A DNA stretch of 64,000 bases from Pristiophorus japonicus (lineage: Eukaryota), in the NCBI RefSeq assembly GCF_044704955.1, contig NC_091999.1, positions 28,830,001 to 28,894,000 of the forward strand. The letters run 5' to 3'. The translations under genes and the position numbers were made by a program. Positions 50,591 through 64,000 of this stretch are shown piece after piece. How positions within the stretch are numbered: position 1 is the stretch's first letter; each line of letters starts with the position of its first letter. Under the pieces are notes generated by a model, which was not told the DNA's origin, did not search any database, and saw only the letters and a program-made list of their open reading frames with translations.

Positions 50591-51038
50591 TAGAAATCTA
50601 TCCTTCCATTTGTTTTATTTCACTTGTGTTAACGCCGAGAAGTGAATTGAAATTGTGAAATTACAGAGTTATTTTATTTCTCAGTAATAATATAAACTCC
50701 CTAAATGAAGCTGCTCCCTTCACATGCATGCTGTGATTCTGTGGACTTAACTATTTCTGCTTTTACCAATAGTGCTTGGTTTTGGATAAAGTTATTTGAT
50801 CTGAAAGCCACGTTGCTTTTAAGATATTTTGCAATTGAAAGTGATGCAAAGAAAAGGTTCGGAAAACTTGTTTATTCAGTGACTGTGATTAATATCCTTC
50901 AGTGTGCAGTTTAATTGTCTCACTGGAGAGATCACTCAGCCTATTAATTGGGATTATTTTCAGCCTGTATAGCAATGTTTGACTGAAGTTGTTTTCTAAA
51001 ACGAACAGTTCTCATTGGAGGTCACAGAAAGTCAAGTC

Positions 51039-54000
51039 ATGTTCTGGGAGATTCCAACTGAGCTTAGGATCCTGTTGGCACTTTTAAATGTGGAACGTAT
51101 TTATTACCCGCTCCTCGCTGCAGTTGGTGTTCCTGGTGAGTCCTTCATCTACAATTAATTATGTAACCCATGTTTCCCTGTATTTTCTGTCCTTGTCCTT
51201 TAGTTCTAGTTATTAATTGTATTCAATTTAAACCTCTTGTTCTGTGTCTGGCAATGCAAAGAAGTTTCTGTCATGTAATGTTTGATCATTTGTTAATTTG
51301 CTGCTCCCAGTTCAATGAACAGTATGTTGTTTTCACAATTTAAACCTATTTTCTGTGTCTGGCAATGCACGGAAGTTTCTGTCATGTAATGTTTGATGAT
51401 TTGCTGATTCGCTGATCCCAGTTCAATGAACAGTATGTTGTTTTCACAATTTAAACCTCTTGTTCTGTGTCAGGCAATGCACGGAAGTTTCTGTCATGTA
51501 ATGTTTGATCATTTGCTGACTCACTGCTCCCAGTTCAATAAACAGTGTGTTGTTTCCGCAAATTGTTTCCAGTGATAGTGGTTTACAGGATTTGACAGAA
51601 ATTTGATTTTATTGACACAAGATATGTTAGTGAACGATTAGATTATTGAACAGCTTGCAGTCAGCTTTCTGCACTGATGCCCAGTGTTGGATAATAAATA
51701 TGTGTTCAGCGGTAATACGTGTTTTAAGGACCGCTGGTTATTGTTAATGACACTGCTCTGTGGAAATCAGCGTTGAGAGATCCTTCACAAATACACTGAG
51801 ATATGAGACATTATCCACTAATGATTCAGCTATAGACAGTTGTCGTAATTTCCACCGCCTCCCGCTCTGCCTCATAGTCACTAATTCCAGATGATCAGGA
51901 CCGGGTTAAAACTGCAATGCGTCTTCCAGTAAAATGTTTATTCAGTTGTGCTTGAATTGATTTATTTCCCTTGTTCAGCCACAGTTCAGGAGATCTCGGT
52001 GTGGGCCGCACGGTAGCAACTATTCAAAATGTAGCACTATATTGTGAAATATTTTGATATTTCCAGTCTCAAACTCTCTCTGTCAACTGGAAGTCTGTAA
52101 CTTTCTCACACCAGGTGAAAGGCAGCAGGTTGACACAGTTCCAGCTGTAAACAGACACGTTCGAAAATCCTCTGTGACATCATACAACATGGGTCATCAT
52201 TAGTCTATTGTAAAGCGACAGTCCCTTCTTTAAAGATTATTTGCAATATTCCTGGAAAGTCAGCTTAAGCCAGTTACAAAGTGTACTTTCAATACAATGG
52301 TTGGAAAGGTTCTGATTTCGATACATAATGCAATTCAAGTCATCTTCTTCAGCCTTCGACACAACCGCCATAATCTCGCCAAAGACTCCATTCCCCTCTC
52401 TGGCAACAAATTTCATTCCCCACCTTGGCCACAGACTCCATTCCCCTCCCTGTACAGACTCCATTCCTTTTCTTGGCCACAGACTCCATTCCTCCCTTGG
52501 CCCACAACTCCATTCTCCTCCCTGGACACAGATTCCATTCCCCTCGCTGTCCCCAGACTACATTCCCATCCCTGGACAATGACTCTATTCCCCTCAATGG
52601 ACACAGGTTATTGACAAACTCGCGGCTTCTTGTGCTGAATTATTGCTCACTCTGACTTGGATATGGCGTTATATATTAGTCTCATTCAGCGCTTTAACAT
52701 CCCGGCAAAAGTCCAACACATTAACTCTTTCAGTCATGACCCAGCAACCACACATCACATCCACCGCTTCACTCACTCCCTGTCACAACACCCAAACATC
52801 CCATCCACTGGTACATTCAGTCCAGAGCCAACGCCCACACGTTCCATCCATTGGTACATTCAGTCCTTGCCCCGACACCCACACGTCCCATATATTGGTT
52901 CTTTCAATACCTGTGCCAAACACCACACGACCCATCCGCTGGTGTAATCAGTCCTGACCCAAACACCTCACGTCCCATCCGCTGGTGTAATCAGTTCTGA
53001 CCCAAACACCACACGTCCCATCCGCTGGTGTAATCAGTCCTGACCCAAACACCACACGTCCCATTGTATAGTTCATTTAATCCTGACACATTTCACACAT
53101 AATTCTTTGAGACAGCTGATGTTGCTCTCAATCTGAAATATAAATTCCCTGTTTTTCTCTTTCTTGCAGTGAACTTAGTGACGATAATGATCCTGTCTCG
53201 AGGAAGGTGCGGTCTCTCCAAGTGTGTCAGCCGTTACCTGGTGGCAATGGCAGCGGCAGATCTACTGGTCGTTATCCTCGACCTGATATCCAGGCAGATT
53301 CCTATTCTTTATTCAACCGCGTTTGATTTCAAGTGGAAGAGCAAAGTGTGTAATATCCATGCCATCCTGCTTTACGCAGTCACTGACTGTTCCGTCTGGT
53401 TCACAGTTGCTTTTACCTTTGATCGATGTATAGCCATTTGTTGTCAGAAGCTCAAAACCAAATATTGCACCGAGAAAACGGCGACTGTGGCTATGGGAAC
53501 ACTGAGTGCGCTATTCTGTGTAAAGAACACTTTCTGGTACTTTATGTATGGAGGTATGTATCAGATTTCCAATGGTAGCTGGTTTTGTTTTGTTACATGG
53601 GAAGTCTCTGAGTCACTATCATGGGCAGTAATTGAATTCCTTCATTATATTATCACACCGTTTATTCCATTTGTTCTGATCCTTCTGCTCAATACTTTAA
53701 CTGTCAGACAGGTTTTAGTATCGAGCAGAGCCCGCAGGAGACTCAGGGCCCACAGCAGTGGGGAGATTCCCAGTGACCCAGAGATGGAGAAGCGAAGGAA
53801 ATCCATCATTTTACTGTTTGTTATATCCGGCAATTTTATCCTGCTATGGGCAGTGTTTCTCTTATATTCTGTGGTTGAACGATTGTATTTGTTAAACTTT
53901 ATTCCTGTATATCTACCTCAATATGAACAGGAAATTGGATTTATGCTTCAGCTCCTGAGTTGCTGCACCAACACATGTATTTATGCCGTGACCCAGTCGA

Positions 54001-54068
54001 AATTCAGAGAGGAGTTGAAGAATGTGGTGAAATATCCCTTTACTGTAATTTTTAAATGTATTAAATAA
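51039..54068 (+). CDS. Class A orphan GPCR, GPR139/GPR142-like; exons 51039-51135 and 53170-54068, 331 aa
   Basis: Exon 1 MFWEIPTELRILLALLNVERIYYPLLAAVGVP, donor GTGAG 51136; acceptor TTGCAG 53169, phase 1. Exon 2 has YLVAMAAADLL, SVWFTVAFTFDRC, KYCT, LLSCCTNTCIY; no stops. Start codon is the first in-frame ATG after an upstream TAA. Confidence 0.88.
51224..51556. repeat. 111-112-bp tandem repeat, 3 copies, in the GPCR intron
   Basis: CAATTTAAACCT at 51224, 51336, 51447. Confidence 0.95.
52370..53085. repeat. Two minisatellites in the GPCR intron (about 23-26-bp CACAGACTCCATTCCCCT.. and 43-bp CCACACGTCCCATCCGCTGGTGTAATCAGTCCTGACCCAAACA)
   Basis: Tandem units at 52370-52605 and 52730-53085. 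Confidence 0.85.
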
Positions 54069-54321
54069 TAAGAATCACACAATGTTTTGGGCGGGTGTTC
54101 TGCCCAATTCGCTCATCTCTGTTATACACACACAGTGAGGCCTGTTTTCATCTTTCACCGCGCGGATTCAGCGACTAACAAAAATGATAGAGGTGGGGAA
54201 GTCCACGGAGATCAGTCCCGCTGGACTCCTGCAGATGTTATCCCCGCTAAGATGTCTGCTGCGGCCTGGGACGGATTTATATAGCTACCGACAGCCAGGC
54301 TCGTGTCGGATGTGTTTACCC

Positions 54322-55138
54322 AAAGGGAGCGGCGCGGGGAAGGTGGCTCTGTTACATTTCAGTCCACGGGCGGGCCGCTCAGTCCCCAGCACTCCCAGGG
54401 AAAGCTGGGGGGAAATGGCCTGGGACCAAACAACAGCCAGGGAGGGAAGGTTTCAAAGGCTCAAAGGTCAGTGCTTTCATCCTTTTACAGGCTCCTTGTG
54501 TTTTTCTCCCAGTGGGGTTTAACGTGAGCAGCCCCAGCGCCCGGAGACAGTGACGTATCCTTGTTTCAGATAATCTACCTTTGGGATTAAAGGGTCTCCT
54601 GCAGACGGAGTATATCCCAGTGACATTCACCACTATAACGTTCCTTTGTAAGTTTGCCTGAACAATGCGGTGATCTGCAGGATGAAGTGTTCCCCGCACA
54701 CACTCGACACACATTAAACTCAGCTCCTCCTCACTCTCTGTAAAATCTCCGTGCTAAACATAGCCCATAATATGCAGTGTTCAGGGAGGGTGGTAACGAG
54801 CTTTGTTGCTAGGTATTGCAGTATGTGTGATGTAATAAAGCGGGGAAACTCGCATGACACTGTGCCTGAGCATTGTGCCATCACAGACCTGCCCTTCTGA
54901 CCACGCCCTGGTCTGTGGTTGACCCAGAATCGCATTTCAGACATCCCTTCTCCTTCACACCTCACTTTACAAAGAGTTACTTAATGTCTGCAGCACAGAA
55001 ATAGGCCATTCGTTGCTCGCGGCTACAAACTGGTCTGAGGCGGTTGCCCTGAGGTTTCCCTGGGGGTGCTGGGACTTAGCAGCCCATCTGCTTGTGGACT
55101 GCAAATTTACAGAGCGACCTTCCCCACCCGGACCCTTT
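54322..55138. mobile_element. Degenerate inverted-repeat pair, probable MITE or non-autonomous DNA transposon
   Basis: 54322-54444 (GGGGAAGGTGGCTCTGT..CAGTCCAC..CCCAGCACTCCCAGGGAAA) matches the reverse complement of 55016-55138. Confidence 0.65.
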
Positions 55139-55299
55139 CGGCCCAGCAAAGCATGTCAGAGCTTACTCTATCATCACATCCTGATCTTAAACGGAGTGCA
55201 CAAAGAGAGTGCTAAACTTGGGAACGGAGAGAAAGTGAGATTCCGTGGTAAGTCCGTGGTGAGTCTGGCTGAGTATTAGCTGTAAAAAGGGACATTTGG

Positions 55300-56745
55300 A
55301 TTAACGTTTTGAATTGAACTTAGAACTTTAAAAACAGAAGTTAGCAGAAACTGCCTGTTACTGGTAGTTAACTATCAGTCAGCTGTAAGTGTTAGTCTTA
55401 AATATGTGCTAATTACTGCGAGCAATGGGCATGGAGCTGAGACAGCACTTGTAACTTGTGTGTGGCTCCAAAGGTATAAAACTAAAGACTAACTGCTGAT
55501 GCACAGTGTGTTCTGCACAGTGATATTAAACGGAATTTGGTGAGAGTTTGAATGGGAACAATGGTTGAAGGAGGTGCTGCTTTGGCCTCCAAAATACAGC
55601 AGGTAGATGAACGTTTGGTGAGTTTTACCTTTTTTCTCGAAGTTTGGTCCACACTAAGACCTGGGAGCAATAACAATACTTTATTAAATTAATAATTTAA
55701 CTATAATTACTAATTACTTAATATAATTATAAATAACCATTTGAATAAAAACAAAGTAATTAAATTAATTCAGTGTGTAAATAAGCAAATAAATTTATAA
55801 AAAATAACAAAAGATGGCAGGGCAGGCAATAAGTCGAGACTGTAATGTGTGTGAGTTTGTGGACATCAAATCTGTCCCACATTCCTACATCTGCAGGAAA
55901 TGTCTCTGCTTTATTCTCTCTGGCTCAGGATAATTGGGCTGGAGTGCAAGTTCGACACACTCTGAAACACACAGGAGAAGTGATTTAATCCAGAAAACAG
56001 TCACATCCCACAGAAAAGCGCAGGCTCAGTAAAGTCCGTGGCTGATTGGGTGCCGTGAAGCGAGAAATGAGAAGAGGCTGAGAATGAGACACTGCTCCTG
56101 CCCAACGATAAGGATAAAGATTGCGTGGAGGACATCCACAATACATACCAAGGTACGTGGCTCAGAAGGTTGTCCACAGGCAGAGATAGGAAGAAATATT
56201 AAACAATTACTTTGAATCAGTATTTATCAGGGAGTGAACACAGGTGGACATGACATTGGATGATATTAGAAATGAAATAACTGCATTTAAAATAACAAGA
56301 GGAAAATATTATATCAACTAATCAAACCGAAAATGGATAAAATGCCGGCTTCGGACAAATTACATCTAGAAAAGAGATAGCAGAGGCATTAATAAACATA
56401 TTTAATATTTCGTTAGAATAAGGTGCAGTGCTGGAGGATTGGCAGATACCTAATGTAATACCTATTTTTAAGAAGGGAGGTAGAACGTTTCTGAGGAACT
56501 ATAGTCCAGTCAACTTAACATCGTTGGGAGGAAAAATAATGGATTCCCTACTAAAGGAGAAAGTGGAAGAACAACTAGAAACCAAAAATGAATAGTCAGC
56601 ATGGATAAGAAAAGGAAAGTCTTGAATTGACCAAATTCTTTGAATTTTTCGAATAAGTAACAGATAGCGTAAACTAACGTAATGTAGTAGATGTAATTTA
56701 TCTAGATTTCGAAAGGCCTTCGATAAGATACCCCATAATAGACTG
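55300..56745 (+). mobile_element. Old, internally deleted CR1 (5' UTR, ORF1 and ORF2 remnants)
   Basis: ATGGCAGGGCAG..TACATCTGCAGGAAATGT zinc-finger start; EDWQIPNVIPIFKKG, NYSPVNLTS, LDFRKAFDKIPH remnants. Confidence 0.7.
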
Positions 56746-56851
56746 AAAGGGCAGATCACAAATTGTAATTACAATTAATAATAATAATTGTGATTTTTTA
56801 AAATGGAGTTAACATATTTTTTAAATGGATCCCACAGCCTGTTTTTCAGAA

Positions 56852-59800
56852 TGTGGGAAGCATGTGTGGGATGCCTTCCGCAGAGAGGCAAATGTTCCAA
56901 TTCATAGACCAGAGGCCTTGGGAGCTGGGCACAGACACAGATAACATAGAATTTGAATTCTATAATAAGATACAAGTTAAATAAAATAAATCATAACAAC
57001 ATGTATCCTGAATTACTAATTAAAGTATATAGAGGCCAGATTGGAGGAAGCAACCTACCAGATAATCATGTATTAATCAATCAGCACATATTAATTGTAA
57101 CTTGCGTAATTATATAAGACGATAATCTGAAACTGTATAAAATAAGATGTCTCTGGCAGTTTCTCTGAGCATTCATTCAAGGGTAGCTCACCTGCCAGCT
57201 TGTATCTCCGAGTGGTGGTTTGAAGTTAACTCTAACAACTTGGCGCAGTCAGCAGGATCTACTGGACGGGCAGATTTGACACAAAAAGCCAAACCAACCG
57301 AATAATGAGTGAGTAGAGAATTACCTTGAGAAATTCTCCTCGCAAAGTAACCAGAGATCCAACGAATCTGAGGTAGAGTCCATGCAGCCAGTAAATCCAG
57401 TTGAAGGGTGCGTCAGGACAATGTAAATAAGTACTGTAAGTGTTGGGACAATAAGTACATATACGAGATATCGGGGAAAAAGCCTCAGTGTAAGTAGTTA
57501 CGTATATGTAAAGGCGGAAAAACAGCACTAGGTGTAAAGCCTTGGTTTAAAAAGTTCTGCTTAAGTAAAGATGGTAAAACAGGAACTGGGGAAAAAGCCC
57601 CAATGTATGAAATGGCAAAGGAATCTGCCAAGCCCCTTGGAGGGCTGATGTATAAACTACCAGAAAAGTTTCTGAGAGATAAATCTGAAAAGGTCATGAA
57701 GATGGTTAAGGCAGGATATGATGAAGGGAAAAAGATAATTTTAACAGCCGGAAAGATGAATAGAAAGATAACCGAAGGTGAGATAGACAGAGAAAGTGAC
57801 AAAAGACAACAGGATGTAAGTATAAAAATAGATATAGATGACAGAAGGGAATGGACAGAGGAATTTGGCCCAAATTTGTATCCCCCACTAACAGGGTTAT
57901 GATTAGGACCTGATGAAAATGAAGGATTGATTGGGGGCCAGAAGGCTCGCTTAGTAGATATTTTTCGGAAGTCCATAACAAAAACTGTTAGTGACTTTCT
58001 TAAGTGAAGTATGGATACAAAAATAGAGCCGGCCAAACAATAAGCTTTGTTGAATGAAGAGAGATTTTTGTGAATGTCTGTCTTTGAATGAAAGTGCTTG
58101 TGTGATTTTTAACTTCGGAATATTTGAGGTGGGAATTAATGAATTTTTCAGGTGTCTGAAAGCATGCTTCAGAAGTGGTAGAGGTGTCTGTTGTTTTGGC
58201 CCCACCCACTTTTTCAGACAGAGTGAATTTGTTTTAACCCTTTGCAGTGTTGTCCTGTATGAGGAAAGTTTTAATAAAATGTGAACCTAGAATTGAATTA
58301 CTTTTTAATTTAGAAACCCAGGTGTAGATTTATTCAGATGATATGATATGGAGCTAGGAAATGCACAAAGGATAGGTTTGTTGAGCAAAAGATAAAAAAT
58401 GTGTGGTCCCGATGGTTTTAAAAAAAATGTTTTGACACGCTCACTTGTCAAAAGAAAACATGTAATCATTGATTACATTTGTTTGAAAGACAATACATTT
58501 AGTCTAGGAATGAGATAAAGAATGGAGAAGGGAAATTGTAATGCCTTAAAAAAAGAATCCTGCGTGGGTGTCTCAAGGCTGCGGGCTTGGGAAGTACGCC
58601 CCCATATTTCTTTGTGTACAATCTTGATGTGAAAGCTTCGAGCTCAGTAAACAGATTTTTAAATAAAAGATTGGCAGTACAATATTTGAATTGGGATTTT
58701 GAGATATTTCTGGTGATTCTCCTTGATAAACATTTTGGTTGTATTGGAAAATCTTGGGTTTGGAAGACTTTTAATAAAAGTAAACATACTGCGTCAGAAG
58801 CTGAACTTAAAAAGATTAAATTTATGAGATACTGTATCACAAAATTGAAGTTACAGTGCAAAAGATTAGAGTTTTTGATGTTCAGCTTCTAAAACAGAAG
58901 TCAGGCAAATAATTATAAAACAAGTACTTTGCATTCTGTGATCTATGAATCACTATAAGCATAAATGATAAGTCCGATTAAAAAACAGTATTACCATATT
59001 TGACATTTCATAATCCAACAATGAATACAAATACTGCAAAAGGGGAGCAGAAATTAGGATGGGAGCAGTGAAGAGTTAATCTTGTTGTGAAGATTTCAAG
59101 TACCACTGTTTAAGAAAATACACAACAAAATGAAATACATTTAACATAAAAATTTAAATCTGATCTCTTAAAAAAAAGAAATAAAACTATAATGTTTGGA
59201 AACAATGTAGAAATACCTTCAGTGATCAGGTCAAACTCCTGGGCAAGTGGGGAGCTATCTGCGAAAGTGTAAAAGGAATTTTGAAAAAAATTAAATGTTA
59301 AAACGGCAGGCTTTAGCAGTTTAGAACAAAGGAAAATATAAGTTGAACTTGTGACTTAAGATACAGTGGTTGAAGAACCATAGAAACTGAGACGTAAAGG
59401 CTTTGAAACTGGAACATTTGAGATAACAGAAAGCAGCTATCAAAGCCTACGTGCTAGACTATGTTCTAGTTATGAAAAAGACATTTGAGATAACGGAAAG
59501 CATGATTTAAAGTAAATCCCAAACAGGCACAAATAGGACAACCTGTGGTACAGTACCTGGGACACGAAATATCTCAAGGAACTCGGACCATGTCCAATGT
59601 CAGGAAGGAGGACATTAGGATTATGCCACGACCAAAACCAGCCTGAGGGGTTCGTAAGGTACTGGGGTTCTTTAGCTATTGCAGGAATTTTGTGCCTAAC
59701 CAAAGCAATTGCAGAACCAATACAGTGGCGAGTGAAAGGAAAATCCGGTTGAAATGGAAATGGTAAGAGTCTAACTAAAACCTGGAATATCCAAGATGTG

Positions 59801-60695
59801 TTTTATCAACAGAATATAAATGTGATCATCACCGTCCTTCCGATTCTACAAGGACAAGCTACAAGGCCGCCCCGAGGGGGCCAGGAAACATTTAACCACA
59901 GCGGAGGGTACAACAACTACGTAAAGCAGCCTCTAGGGGGCGGCATCTAAGTGTCCGGAGCGTTTGTCTTGAAGCCATAAGATAAGTGTGTAAAAAATGT
60001 TACCTGAATATTGTAAACCAGGGGAATTAACCTTGGGAAATTGCGTGGTAATTAAACCTGGAACAGAAGTAATGTTGTTATTTGACAATGTCCAGCATGA
60101 AATGTGACCTGTGAGCATAAATTAATCAGCCCTATACCTGCCAGAAAAAAATAGCCACAAGACTAAAGCGTTGTAAATAGGATTGCTAGACACAATCCTG
60201 AGAATAGCTAGTGACACATCAGGAGCAAGGGAGTAACACAAGAAGCTGAGACACAAAGAAGGAAGACAGAGGAGATTTACAGCGAATGACGTATTAACTT
60301 TACAGGGACATCTCTAGTAGATGCACCAGATATACAGGCGATCCAGGCAGGTGTAGATAGTTTGAGGGGAACAACGGAGTTACTAATCAGGAAACAGATC
60401 AGGATTGAGATACCATCTTCAGAGTTAGGATCTAAAACATCCAAAAAAATGCTAGAGGGTGTATCCGTATTGGAAGGCCATGCACGAACAACTAACGAGC
60501 AAAATAAGCAGGAATTGAGAGGACGATGCCGAGGACAGGAAAAGCGACACATGTCATGCCTATGGGAGATGGATGATTGGTCAGGTGAGACACAATATGG
60601 ATCAGATACAAACCGGGCGAGTTACAGGTTCAATAAATAGTACCCAGTTGAAAGAAATGGCACAACACACTGGGCTATTAGATGCATGCACCCTG
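56852..60695 (+). mobile_element. Second heavily deleted ERV (5' LTR, tRNA-Ser-type PBS, gag/RT/env remnants), truncated by CR1
   Basis: LTR-like segment ends TAACA at 57237; PBS TGGCGCAGTCAGCAGGAT at 57241; RT remnant AQIGQPVVQYLGHEISQG...GVRKVLGFFSYCRNFVP at about 59527-59700; env-like remnant 60000-60695. Left boundary approximate. Confidence 0.75.
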
Positions 60696-63600
60696 AAACA
60701 CAGAAACATAGAAACATAGAAAAAGGTTGCAGGAATAGGCCATTCGCCCCTTCGAGCCTGCACCAACATTCAATAAGATCATGGGTGATCATTCACCTCA
60801 GTACCCCTTTCCTGCTTTCGCTCCACACCTCTTGATCCCTTTACCTTAAGGGCTATATCCAACTCCCTCTTGAATATATCTGATGAACTGGCATCAACAA
60901 CATTCTGCGGAAGAGAAATCGACAGGTTAACAACTCTCTGAGTGAAGACGTTTCTCCTCATCTCGGTCCTAAATGGCTTATCCCTTGTCCTCAGACTGTG
61001 ACCACTGGTTCTGGACTTCCCCAACATCGGGAACATTCTTCGTGCATCTAACCTGCCCAGTCCCGTCAGAATGTTTCTGAGGTCCCCTCTCATTCTTCTA
61101 AACTCCAGTGAATACAGGCCCAGTCGATCCTATCTCTCCTCATATGTCCTCCCATCCCGGAAATCAGTCTGGTGAACCTTCGCTGCACTCCCTCAATAGC
61201 AAGAACGTCCTTCCTCAGATTAGAACAAAACTGAACACAGTATTGCAGGTGAGGCCTCACCAAAGCCCTATACAGCTGCAGCAAGACCGCCCTGCTGCTA
61301 TATTCAAATCTCCAAGATATGGGGCCAACATGCTATTTGCCTTCTTTCTGTCTGCTGCACCTGCATGCCAACCTTCAATGACTGATGTACCATGACACCC
61401 GGATCTCGTTGCACTTCCCCTTTGCCTAATCTGCCGCCATTCAGATAATATTCTGCCTTCGTGTTTTTGCCACCAAAGTGCATAACCTCACATTTATCGT
61501 TATTACACGACATCTGCCATGCAATTGCCCACTCACCTTACCTATCCAGGTCACCCTGCAGCCTCTTAGCATCCTCCTCACATTTCACACCGCCATCCAG
61601 CATAATGTCAGCTGCAAAATTAGAGATATTATACACAATTCCTTCATCTAAGTCACTGATGTATATTGTAAATTGCTGGGGTCCCAGCATTGAGCCCTGC
61701 GGCACCCAACTAGTCACTGCCTGCCATTGTGAAAAGGACCCGTTTATCCCGACTCTGTCAACCAGTTCTCTATCCACATCAGTACATTACCTCCAATGCC
61801 ATGTGCTTTAATTTTGCACACCAACCTCTTGTGTGGGACCTTGTCAAAAGTCTTTTGAAAGTCCCACTACACCACATCCATTAGTTCTCCCTTGTCCGCT
61901 CTACTAGTTACATCCTCACAAAATTCTCAAAGATTCGTCAAGCATGATTTCACTTTCATAAATCCATGCTGATTTGGACCAATCCTGTTATTGCTTTCCA
62001 AATGTGCTGCTATTTCATCTTTAATAATTGATTCCAATATTTTCGCCACCACTGATGTCAGGCTAACTGGTCTGTAATTACCTGGTTTCTCTCTCCCTCA
62101 TTTTTCAAAATGTGGTGTTACATTCGCTACACTCCAGTCCATACGAACTGATCCAGAGTCGATGGACTGTTAGCAAATGATAACCAATGCATCCATTATT
62201 TCTAGGGCCACTTCCTTAAGTATTCTGGGATGCAGACCATCAGGCCCCGGGGATTTATCGGCCTTTAGTCCCATCCATTTTCCGAACAGAATTTCCGACA
62301 AATAAGGATTTCCTTCAGTTCCTCCTTCTCACTAGCCCCTCGGTCACGTACTATTTCCAGAAGGTTATGCGTGTCTTCCTTCATGAATGCAGAGCCAAAG
62401 TATTTGTTCAACTGGTCTACCATTTCTTTGTTCCCCATTATAAGTTCATCTGAATCTGACTGCAAGGGACCTACGTTTCCCTTCACTAATCTTTTTCTCT
62501 TCACATATCTATAGAAGTTTGTATGTTCCCAGCAAGCTTCCTCTCCTACTCTATTTTCCACCTCCGAATTAAACCCTTTGTCCTCCTCTGCTGAATTCTA
62601 CATTTCTCCCCGTCCTCGGGTTGATGCTTTTTCCTGACCAGTTGAAATGCCTCTTCCTTGGATTCAACGCTATTCTTACTTTCCCTTGTTAGTCACGGTT
62701 AAGCCACCTTTCCCATTTTATTTTTTACTCCAGACAGGGATGTCCAATTGTTGAAGTTCATCCATGTGATATTTAAATGTTTTCCATTGCCTATCTGCCG
62801 TCAACCCTTTAAGTATTATTTCCCAGTCTATTCTCGCCAAGTCATGTCTCATACCTTCGAAGTTACCTTTCCTTAAGTTCAGGACCCCAGTCTCAGAATT
62901 AATTGTTTCACTCTCCACCTTAATAAAGAATTCAACCTTATTGTGGTTACTCTTTCCCAAGGGGCCTCGAACAACAAGATTGCTAATTAGTCCTTTCTCA
63001 TTACACATCAACCAGTCTAGGATGGCCAGCCCTCTAGATGGTTCCTCGACATATTGGTCAAGTAAACCATCCCGAATACACTCCAGCAAATCCTCCTCCA
63101 ACGTATTGCTACCAGTTTGGTTCGCCCAATCTATATGTAGATTAAAGTCTCCCATGATAACTTCTGTACCTATGTTGCACACATCCCGACTTTCTTGTTT
63201 GATGCTGTCCCCAAACTAACTACGATTGTTTGGTGATACACAACTCCCACTAGCGTTTTCTTCCCTTTGATATTCTGCAGCTCCAGCCACACAGAATCCA
63301 CGCGAATGTCCTTCCTTACTATTGCGTTAATTTTCTCTTCAACCAGCAATGCCACCCCACCTCCTTTTCCTTTCTGTCTATCCTTCCTGAATGGTGAATC
63401 TCCCTGGATGTTGCGTTCCTAGCCTTCGTCACCCAGGAGCCATTTCTCCGTGATGCCAATTACATCATATTCATTAATTGCTGCCTGTGCAGTTAATTTG
63501 TCCACGTTATTACGAATACTCCTTGCATTGAGGCACAGTACCTTCAGGCTTGTTACCTTAACACACCTTGTCCCTTTAGAATTTGGCTGCAATGTGGCCC

Positions 63601-63975
63601 TTTTTGATTTTTGCCTTGTGTTTCTCTGCCCTCCACCTTTACTTTTCAGCCCCCATTTTACTTCCCTCTGTCTCACTGCATAGTTTCCCATCCCACTGTC
63701 ATATTAGTTTAACCCCTCCCCAACAACACGAGCAAACTCTCCCCTGTGGACATTGGTTCTGCACAGGTACAAAGCGTCCGGTTTGCACTGGTCCCAGCTC
63801 CCCCAGAACAGGTTCCAATGTCCCAGGTAATTGAAGCCCTCCCTTCTGCACCACACATTCATCTGAGCTATCCTGCGATTCCTACTCTGACTAGCAGTTG
63901 GCAGTGGTAGCTATCCTGAAATTGCTACCTTTGAGGTCCTATTTGTTAATTTTGCTCCCAGCTCCCGAAATTCAG
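60695..63975 (-). mobile_element. CR1 LINE with near-complete ORF2 and part of ORF1, degraded
   Basis: (GAAACATA)n tail at 60695-60722; ORFs with LCLNARSIRN, IGITE.WL, IMGDFN, VPQGSMLGP, VRPHLQYCVQF. Confidence 0.93.
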
Positions 63976-64000
63976 CTTGTAATTCCTCAGACAGAGTGAG

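Overview
Repeat-rich vertebrate genomic DNA from a cartilaginous fish (shark-type CR1 LINEs, DeuSINEs and a cluster-type Ig gene); not prokaryotic. A 209-N assembly gap lies at 12761-12969. Main contents: (1) One IgM heavy-chain cluster pseudogene on + (leader 14683, V, J, CH1-CH4, secretory tail ending 36106). Its variable region is germline-joined as VD...DJ, with one near-canonical 22-RSS/12-RSS pair left. (2) A CR1 LINE inserted into the last codons of the IgM secretory tail. That CR1 carries a 3'-UTR fragment and a full-length 7.1-kb copy of a Tx1-clade non-LTR retrotransposon, both ending at the same CR1 nucleotide (16-bp TSD). This suggests a target-specific retrotransposon that parasitises CR1 and is the best candidate for an undescribed system. 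(3) Three decayed LTR retroelements/ERVs with different tRNA primer-binding sites; one has two LTRs and env but lacks its PR, RT and IN catalytic cores. (4) An apparently intact two-exon GPR139-like GPCR gene (51039-54068). (5) Many CR1 fragments, DeuSINEs and minisatellites, including inverted 27-bp arrays. Family assignments come from motif recognition by eye; no database search was run.
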